Positions 56,928-64,000 of a DNA stretch of 64,000 nt are shown here, piece by piece. A program made the translations under genes and the position numbers. The first letter of the stretch is position 1. Every line of letters starts with the position of its first letter. The notes below the pieces were generated by a model. That model searched no databases, was not told the origin of the DNA, and saw only the letters and a program-made list of their open reading frames with translations. Location: sequence record MT995927.1; one strand, given 5' to 3'.

Positions 56928-59123
56928 ATGACCGCATTTGCCCAACCAAATCCGTTTTTAAAAGATGTCAATGATTACCATCGTGATATTGATATCATTA
57001 ATGCATGTCTTGATGATAATGCCAAATATCTTCAATTAATGACAAAAGATGAATTAAATATTAGTTTAGAAGAATGTAAAGAATTTGTTAAAGAACAATT
57101 ACGTCAAAATGGTGAATATGCACTTCGTAATCCAGTTGCAACTATTCTAGATAAAAATAAGTTTGGTGATAGGGAATTAAAGACTGTTTCATTCATGGCT
57201 TTCCTTAACCGTGTTAAGAAACAGAATCTATTATTATCACCATCAATGACTGCATATTTACCAGAGTCTGTTAGACAGTCTACACACTCCATCTATATTG
57301 CCGAAGGTGTGAAAAACCGTAAGCGAGTTAAAGGTGAACAGATGCAGGCTGAACGTGAAGCAGCCGCTTTCTTACAGGCTGGCGATAAAGAGAATTCACA
57401 AATTAAAACAGAACTTGCACAAGTACGTAAAGGTGAACAAGAAAACTTCAAAATTAACAATAACTCATATTCAGGTGGAACTGTATCTGCTGCTACTATT
57501 CTTTATTATAAGTCCACACACTCTAGTTTAACATCAACCTGTAGAACTGGCACCTCTTATGCTAACTCAAATAATGAAAAATTCATTATGGGTAATAGGC
57601 ATTATTACACTCCAGAAATCACAAAAGCTAATTTAGTAAATATTATTAATGTAGCTGACATGGAGTTAATTCAAAAAGCAGTAACTAATTTTAATCTATA
57701 TTGCCCAACGCCAGAAGAAGTAGTTGATATGGTTCTTTATTCAACTAAACACTATTGGCAAAATAAGTACTACACGGCACAGATTTTAAAACTAGCTACT
57801 GGGATGACACCAGTCGAACGGGCAGCAGTTATGTATGTAGGTGATCTATATCACTTATATAAATACAATAAAGAATTAATCAAGAGCTTTCTAATTAAGT
57901 TAAGCCAGGTTGGGACAAAAGAACAAATCATCACTGAAGAAGAATATTCAACTTACGATGGTGATATGGATCTATTGGCTAGCTTTATTTGCTTTGATAC
58001 TGTTAAGGGTCGATCTAAAGCTAAACTAAAAGAATCTGATCCAGATACACTGAATCAAATTTTTGCAACTGGTCGAAACATTGCAGAAACTCTTAATGAA
58101 TACCGTCTATTGATTGAAGCATTCTTCTTGACTAATTGTGTACCATCAAGCATTCATGCTTTTCCAACTGTGTATAGGCGCGCCGCTGTTATTTCAGATA
58201 CCGACTCCACTATGTTTACATTACAATGGTGGGTTGAGGAATTCTTTGGTAAAGTAACTTTTAGCAATGAGGCTAAACGACTAGTATTCGCACTAGTATT
58301 TCTAGTATCTGAAGTAGTTATGCATATCTTAGCGATTCAATCCGCTAATATGGGTGTAGCTAAAGATAAGCTTCGTTTATTTGCAATGAAGAACGAATAT
58401 TATTTCGCAGTACTGGCCCTAACTACTCGTTCTAAACATTACTTTGCATCGCAGGATGCTCAAGAAGGGGTAATGTTTAATGAATCTCGGATGGAGATTA
58501 AAGGCGTGGGACTAAGGGATAGTAAAGTACCTAAGAAGATTAATAGTCGTGCTAAAAAACTCATGGAAGATATTATTAAGACGGTAAAGGCCGAAGAGAA
58601 AATCGACTTAGCTTCAATTCTAAAAGAAGCCGGTGATATCGAAAGAGAAATTATTGAGTCTGTTAGAAGTGGTAAAGCTGAGTATCTAACAAGTGGTCAA
58701 ACTAAGCGACCAGAATCTTATAAATCTGAAGATAACTCAACTCATAAAAAGGGATTGGTGTGGAAGACTGTATTTGCTCCATCATTTGGTGAAGCTGGTG
58801 ATCCACCTTATTCACATGTAAAGATCTCGGTTACTCTTAATAATAAAACTGCGATCAAAGAATGGATTGATGGTATCGAAGATAAGAAATTAGCTGCTCG
58901 TATTCAGGCATGGGTTACTGAAGAAAATAAAACCAGTATTGGTGATTTCCATATCCCTAGTACAGTAGTAGAAACTGGTCGTATTCCAGAAGTTATTACG
59001 CGTGTTGCTGACGTTAGAACAATCATTGGAAATACTATGGGTGTATTCTATTTAACTTTAGAATCCTTAGGTATTTTCCTTATTGATAAAAATAACGATC
59101 GACTTATCTCTGACTTCTATTAA
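56928..59123 (+). CDS. Divergent B-family DNA polymerase, polymerase-domain subunit (phiKZ gp50)
   Basis: Motif B-like KINNNSYSG and motif C ISDTDS, followed by SKHYF and IKGVGL; no obvious N-terminal exonuclease motifs. Confidence 0.8.
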   Translation: MTAFAQPNPFLKDVNDYHRDIDIINACLDDNAKYLQLMTKDELNISLEECKEFVKEQLRQNGEYALRNPVATILDKNKFGDRELKTVSFMAFLNRVKKQNLLLSPSMTAYLPESVRQSTHSIYIAEGVKNRKRVKGEQMQAEREAAAFLQAGDKENSQIKTELAQVRKGEQENFKINNNSYSGGTVSAATILYYKSTHSSLTSTCRTGTSYANSNNEKFIMGNRHYYTPEITKANLVNIINVADMELIQKAVTNFNLYCPTPEEVVDMVLYSTKHYWQNKYYTAQILKLATGMTPVERAAVMYVGDLYHLYKYNKELIKSFLIKLSQVGTKEQIITEEEYSTYDGDMDLLASFICFDTVKGRSKAKLKESDPDTLNQIFATGRNIAETLNEYRLLIEAFFLTNCVPSSIHAFPTVYRRAAVISDTDSTMFTLQWWVEEFFGKVTFSNEAKRLVFALVFLVSEVVMHILAIQSANMGVAKDKLRLFAMKNEYYFAVLALTTRSKHYFASQDAQEGVMFNESRMEIKGVGLRDSKVPKKINSRAKKLMEDIIKTVKAEEKIDLASILKEAGDIEREIIESVRSGKAEYLTSGQTKRPESYKSEDNSTHKKGLVWKTVFAPSFGEAGDPPYSHVKISVTLNNKTAIKEWIDGIEDKKLAARIQAWVTEENKTSIGDFHIPSTVVETGRIPEVITRVADVRTIIGNTMGVFYLTLESLGIFLIDKNNDRLISDFY

Positions 59124-59157
59124 GAAATATAGCCTCCCCTAGTGGGAGGCTTATATA

Positions 59158-59184
59158 CTAAAAAATAATTAAGATTTATATAGT
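59158..59184 (+). promoter_or_regulatory. Early-type promoter (class B, variant core)
   Basis: CTAAAAAATAATTAAGATT-TATATAGT. Confidence 0.5.
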
Positions 59185-59221
59185 CTAATTGCCAATTACT
59201 AACTTAATATGGTTCAATATA

Positions 59222-59398
59222 ATGACAAATCATACCGAATTTAATTTTGACTTAGATCGGATGAAGAAGGCAATTAATAGCGGTACTATCACATTACCAA
59301 CAGCGCCATCAGGATTAACTCGTGAAGAAAAACGAGCTTTTATCCGAAAATATATTAAAGATAAATTAAAAGAGGTAACTAATGATGAAAGAGAATAA
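59222..59398 (+). CDS. Small hypothetical protein
   Basis: Start placed at the ATG 59222; GLTREEKRAFI motif. Confidence 0.55.
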   Translation: MTNHTEFNFDLDRMKKAINSGTITLPTAPSGLTREEKRAFIRKYIKDKLKEVTNDERE

Positions 59399-60104
59399 AG
59401 AAGTCCGCGTAATTACCTGGAATGATTATAGCGCATTAGTAAATGATAATCGTATTAGGATCCATGGATTAGCACCTGATGATTCCACCAAAGCAACAGC
59501 CTATGTTCTTTTGGATGACGGTAGTGAAGAATTAGTATATGTAACTTATACCAATGAATTAAAAGAAGTTGATGTTACTACTGAAACAACTGCAATTACC
59601 AGTGATAAAAGTTCACTAGATGATGTTCAACCAATTGGTTTAATTACTTCTAATAACGAACCACCAAAGTTAATGAGTCTAAATGACTATATCGATGAAT
59701 TCAATTGGCACTCAAGTGCTGACAATGATTACAATAATGTCTCACTTGAATTAATGCTAAATACTCATCATACAACTCTTTGGGAATGTGATAATATTCT
59801 AGTAAAAGACGTAACTATTAAACAAGCTCTTAAAGAAGGTGTTGATAAACAACTTATTAATACTGATAGTTCATTTGATGAACTAGTTACTCATCTACGT
59901 TTAACTGCTAGATCTATCATGGATCCATTAGATGAAATGGACAATGGAATTAAGAGCGAAGATCAGGCGGTGGTTAATCAGTTACTAGATAATAGTCGAC
60001 CTGTTGGGAAGTTTAGTAATAAAATGCTACTTCCAGCAATTCCAGGTATTAATCGTGCAGAACGTAGGAAACTACTTTCTAAAATGAAGAAAGGTAATTT
60101 CTAA
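59382..60104 (+). CDS. Hypothetical acidic protein with basic C-terminal NRAERR tail
   Basis: 240 aa; GAGG SD. Confidence 0.7.
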   Translation: MMKENKEVRVITWNDYSALVNDNRIRIHGLAPDDSTKATAYVLLDDGSEELVYVTYTNELKEVDVTTETTAITSDKSSLDDVQPIGLITSNNEPPKLMSLNDYIDEFNWHSSADNDYNNVSLELMLNTHHTTLWECDNILVKDVTIKQALKEGVDKQLINTDSSFDELVTHLRLTARSIMDPLDEMDNGIKSEDQAVVNQLLDNSRPVGKFSNKMLLPAIPGINRAERRKLLSKMKKGNF

Positions 60105-60147
60105 TAAAACGGCATATAACCCCCTCCAATTTAGGAGGGGGTTTATG

Positions 60148-61239
60148 TCACATTTCTTTTCTTTTAAGTGCATCTATCATCCAATCAACTTGTGCCTGTT
60201 GAGCTTTTACAAACTCACTATTTGCTTGTTGCTTAAATGCTTGATCATTAGATGCTTCTATAAGATCAATTAATACAGCATTAACAGAAGATTGATCATA
60301 ACCAGTATTCTTTAAGAGCTGTCCTACAAGATACTTAATGAAGGGTGTGCGGGCTAATACATAAGCCCACTCATTATTCCTGTTAATTGGTTCTCGTGGA
60401 AGCCGCATCATATCAAATAAATTAGATTGTACGATAGCTGGTGTTATCCATGATAAACCTTCCATGTCTACACCTTTTAATATGGATTCTCTATTGATAG
60501 TTGTACATAGTTTATCAATACGTGGATTCATATCAGTGATGTAAAATGGATGCGGTATAGGGAATGTTGGATTTTTAATATCTAAAGCATTCCTTGCTAA
60601 CCTGTTAAAGAAAGAAATATCTAAATAAGAGTCAACCATATTTGGCAATACAAATGATCCTATAAACCTATAAGTATCTTCAACTTCATCAGGATTCTTC
60701 TCAACTTGCCATCGATACCAGTAACGGTACATCACAAGAAGCATTGGTATATTTACTAGAGTTACGCCATAACCTCTACCCTGTGTGGTATTGTTCATGA
60801 TAGGTAAGTTAGTATCAGTACGTGTATGATACAGATACGTAACAGGGGAAAGTTTATACCATGTTTTATTTAGATCTTTTAGATCAAAGCTCTCTGATGT
60901 AGATACTAGAACTTCTTCAGTTTGAGGACCAAGTGTAACACCACCTACATGAACCTTACCTTTATTTAAAGATGATGTAATACCAAATGAACGAATAATA
61001 GCACGTGAACGATCGTCCACGTTCTTTATAAAAGTAGCATCATCACTTAGTAACTCTACGTTAAAATGTCGAATCATTTGTGCTAATATATTTTTAGATT
61101 CAACATACTTCGGCGCCCGTCTATAATAACTTTTAACGTCCCTAATTTGCTCAGCGTAGATTCGTCGGATATAATGGATGTTAGGATCAACCACCTGCCC
61201 CAATTTACGTGACGGAGCATTCTTAAATAAATTATACAT
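60148..61239 (-). CDS. Conserved putative virion protein (gp52 position)
   Basis: 363 aa, converging on a hairpin at about 60119-60141. Confidence 0.7.
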   Translation of the reverse strand: MYNLFKNAPSRKLGQVVDPNIHYIRRIYAEQIRDVKSYYRRAPKYVESKNILAQMIRHFNVELLSDDATFIKNVDDRSRAIIRSFGITSSLNKGKVHVGGVTLGPQTEEVLVSTSESFDLKDLNKTWYKLSPVTYLYHTRTDTNLPIMNNTTQGRGYGVTLVNIPMLLVMYRYWYRWQVEKNPDEVEDTYRFIGSFVLPNMVDSYLDISFFNRLARNALDIKNPTFPIPHPFYITDMNPRIDKLCTTINRESILKGVDMEGLSWITPAIVQSNLFDMMRLPREPINRNNEWAYVLARTPFIKYLVGQLLKNTGYDQSSVNAVLIDLIEASNDQAFKQQANSEFVKAQQAQVDWMIDALKRKEM

Positions 61240-61252
61240 GGTTATTATCCGA

Positions 61253-61279
61253 TTAAAAATTAATTGAGATCTATATCAT
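61253..61279 (+). promoter_or_regulatory. Early-type promoter (class B)
   Basis: TTAAAAATTAATTGAGATC-TATATCAT. Confidence 0.65.
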
Positions 61280-61320
61280 AGTTTGGTAACAACAGTAGTA
61301 ATTACAAATAGGAATATACA

Positions 61321-61686
61321 ATGGCTAAAAATAATGTTGAAGACCCGCCACTATATTTAGGTAATAATAAAGATCTTACTGTATACATGACTAGCAAAGA
61401 AATTGTAGTGAACTTTTTCAATGTCGAGCGAAGAGTTAAGATAGATCCTAATGATCCCAATCCATTAGCAACTGCTACTAAACTTCATGAGGAATTAGTG
61501 AAGCTATTAGTCGCATATCGATTTGGTAGTGTGATTAAAGTAAATGAAACATCTGCTTCAGCACATTCACCATTTATTGCTAAATTTGACACAACCGATA
61601 ATAATAAAGTTGATCCAGTTAGTAAACTATACAAACTGTATCATTCTCTTTTTGGAACAGTTCGTAAGTACATGCAAAGTAAATGA
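61321..61686 (+). CDS. Hypothetical protein
   Basis: 121 aa; AGGA SD. Confidence 0.7.
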   Translation: MAKNNVEDPPLYLGNNKDLTVYMTSKEIVVNFFNVERRVKIDPNDPNPLATATKLHEELVKLLVAYRFGSVIKVNETSASAHSPFIAKFDTTDNNKVDPVSKLYKLYHSLFGTVRKYMQSK

Positions 61687-61899
61687 TAACTGCATTTTAT
61701 AAAAATACTGATAGTTATTATTTAATACAGGACTGACGTAAATTAGTTTCTGGATTCAAACTTTATACCCATAAACTCAAAAAAGAAGATATGGAAATTG
61801 TAAGATGAAAAAATAAATAATACTCAGATTGTAATAATATGTAGTGAACATAGTGTTCGTTACGATCTGCTGATAGCAGATTATAGCGTCTATGTTGTA

Positions 61900-61926
61900 A
61901 TGAAAAAAATTTGAGATTTATATTAC
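61900..61926 (+). promoter_or_regulatory. Early-type promoter for chimallin (class B)
   Basis: ATGAAAAAAATTTGAGATT-TATATTAC, 72 nt before the ATG. Confidence 0.8.
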
Positions 61927-61998
61927 TAAATTGAATCTAGTATACTAAGTACTTAGGTTCTTCTTGATCAAGAAACCATAATCGTAAAGGTATTTAAA

Positions 61999-63879
61999 AT
62001 GGCTGTTAACGAAAACGAAATCGGCACCGTTCAAACTCAAGCTACCACTCCTGCTCCGCAACCCACTGCACAGCGTCAAGCTCAACGTCCTGCTGGCGCG
62101 CCTGGGTCAACTACTGGCATTAACCATCTAATGCGTCGCTCTGGGCGGCTAGATGGATCTGATGCTCGTTCAGCAGATGCCCTACAAGTATTCACTAAAG
62201 TAAAAGAAGAAGCAATCCGCCATCAGGACCTACCTGATGACTTCGATATCCATCGTTTCGATCGCGATGCGCAACAAGTTGGTATGGCTGGTCTACTCAT
62301 TGTTAAACTAGCTAAAGATATCAACGGTTCCATGAAGGCATTCGTTCGTACTCTAGTACTCGATAACCTACCTGGTACTCGCATCCGTCCCCGTACCCAC
62401 AAAATCAACAATGGTCTAACTGATGACATCATTGAAGAGAAGGTACTACCGCGTGATGTATTCACTGCTCAGTACTGGAGCAAGATCGGCGAGTTCCTAC
62501 GGAACCGTTACAATATCCCTGGTCTAGAAGTACTATCCGCTGGTCCCCGTGCAGTGTATGCTGACTTCGACTTCAAAGATGAACTAGCTGTTAAGAACCT
62601 ACTAGTTGAATCTGTTAATATCTGTGAAGATGCTATTGCCCGTCGTAACAATGAGACTCCGTTCTCTATTGCAACCCACATCAAAGCAGAAAACGAACAG
62701 CTTACCTGCAACCTAGACTACAATGGTATTCCGGTTAAAGATAGCTGTGGTAATCCGATTCGTTCTGACCTGGTTATTTCCACTAGCCGTGGTAAGAAAA
62801 CCAACGTACCTGAGAACGAGTTCTATGATACCGATAGCCAGCTAAACCAAGTTAGTCTATTCGTAGATCTACATTGGACTCCGACCACTGGCCAGCAACA
62901 AGGTATGTTTGGCGTAACTCTACCTGGTGCAGTTCTACCTCCGCAGTTCACTCCTTACATCGTTATCACTGACGTTCGTAAGGCATCCTGGATCCAAGCA
63001 TGGACTCTAGAAATGTGGCTGTTCGCACTTGGTAATGCGTATCGTGCAACTGCATCTCAGGCATGGGCTCGTACCCTAATGCCGAAGATTGCTACTAGCA
63101 AGATGCGTGATATTGGTGCGCTTGGTTATTACTCAGAGCTAGGCAAAGCGATTGAAACTCGCACCGAAGCATTCATGGCAGACGATAGCAACTTCGTAAT
63201 GCTAATGAACAAGATGGTTAACCAAAACCCTGCATTCCAGATCGATATCGATCCGATGGGTGACAACTCTGCTCTTGAGCAGGTAGTCCTAGATGCAGCT
63301 GGTGGCGTAAACCAAGCTCGTGCAGTTAGCCTGATCTTCCAAGCTCTAACTAACCTATATGGCACTGATTTCCGTCAGTTCTATAACCTAGCTGAAGCTG
63401 GTCCGATTATCTTTGACAACCATCATGAAGTAGACCTCGGTCACTACACTGATGAGCATGGTGAACTAAGCGACCGTCGTGATCTTGACGTTCTAGGCGC
63501 CATGAACATGTCTGAAGGTAATGATCAAGAGTGGAAGACCTGGTATGCTACTCAAGTAGGTAATGACCATATTGTGCGTCGTATGAATAACAGTAAAGGC
63601 TTCGACAAGATGTACCTAGGTAACGTTACCTATACTGGTCGTGCTCGTCGTCTAACCTTTAACCCGAAATTCATCACCGCAATGGATGCCGCAGCAGCAG
63701 CAGCTGGTGTAACTGTAACCATGGAAAACCTAATTACCAACTTCGGTCAACAGCGCTTCGCTGGTTACACCGGTATGGGTAACATGGCTGTTTCTGGTAG
63801 TGCACAAGTTGGTATGGCTGGCAGCATGGGTCAAACTTACGGCGCTCCTTCCTATAATGCACCGGGTACCTGGTACTAA
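61999..63879 (+). CDS. chmA: Chimallin, major phage nucleus shell protein (phiKZ gp54/PhuN)
   Basis: 626 aa with flexible T/Q/P/A-rich N-terminus and G-rich C-tail; strong codon bias; position after the gp50-gp53 block. Confidence 0.9.
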   Translation: MAVNENEIGTVQTQATTPAPQPTAQRQAQRPAGAPGSTTGINHLMRRSGRLDGSDARSADALQVFTKVKEEAIRHQDLPDDFDIHRFDRDAQQVGMAGLLIVKLAKDINGSMKAFVRTLVLDNLPGTRIRPRTHKINNGLTDDIIEEKVLPRDVFTAQYWSKIGEFLRNRYNIPGLEVLSAGPRAVYADFDFKDELAVKNLLVESVNICEDAIARRNNETPFSIATHIKAENEQLTCNLDYNGIPVKDSCGNPIRSDLVISTSRGKKTNVPENEFYDTDSQLNQVSLFVDLHWTPTTGQQQGMFGVTLPGAVLPPQFTPYIVITDVRKASWIQAWTLEMWLFALGNAYRATASQAWARTLMPKIATSKMRDIGALGYYSELGKAIETRTEAFMADDSNFVMLMNKMVNQNPAFQIDIDPMGDNSALEQVVLDAAGGVNQARAVSLIFQALTNLYGTDFRQFYNLAEAGPIIFDNHHEVDLGHYTDEHGELSDRRDLDVLGAMNMSEGNDQEWKTWYATQVGNDHIVRRMNNSKGFDKMYLGNVTYTGRARRLTFNPKFITAMDAAAAAAGVTVTMENLITNFGQQRFAGYTGMGNMAVSGSAQVGMAGSMGQTYGAPSYNAPGTWY

Positions 63880-64000
63880 TAGGAAATACCTCGGTAGATA
63901 GGGATGTTAAATAAGTAACATCCCGATTCTAATACTGCGACCCTGGTTCACTTCGGTGATAACGGTTAGGAGTAGGTTCTGTGAAGTAATCGACTAGTGA

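Overview
This window is about 64 kb of a Pseudomonas phiKZ-like (Phikzvirus, nucleus-forming Chimalliviridae) jumbo phage genome. It runs across the conventional phiKZ map junction (about gp29x-gp306, then gp1-gp54). The assignment rests on proteins recognised from memory: tail sheath (gp29), tail tube (gp30), large terminase (gp25), Dip (gp37), PhuZ tubulin (gp39), the B-family polymerase part (gp50) and chimallin (gp54). The gp numbers of other genes are inferred from gene order. Left arm (minus strand): FN3-like and Kelch virion paralogues, a tRNA cluster (Asn, Asp, Ile2/CAT, Pro, Leu and a truncated tRNA half), an internal head protein, a glycine-zipper protein and nrdBA. Middle (plus strand): a dense early region with repeated promoter/leader cassettes. 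Then come packaging and tail genes, and the dip-phuZ-polB-chmA block. No CRISPR array, rRNA, transposase, intron or intein was seen. The least explained signals are non-coding: (1) a candidate ~150-nt sRNA with two C-rich anti-SD-like loops (9237-9388); (2) a tRNA-Asn built on a class II, Tyr-like body with a long variable arm, beside a canonical Asn-like tRNA 5' half cut off at the anticodon loop; (3) a candidate pseudoknot or switch at 26812-26867; (4) a palindrome-rich 250-bp region after dip. No database searches or folding computations were run.
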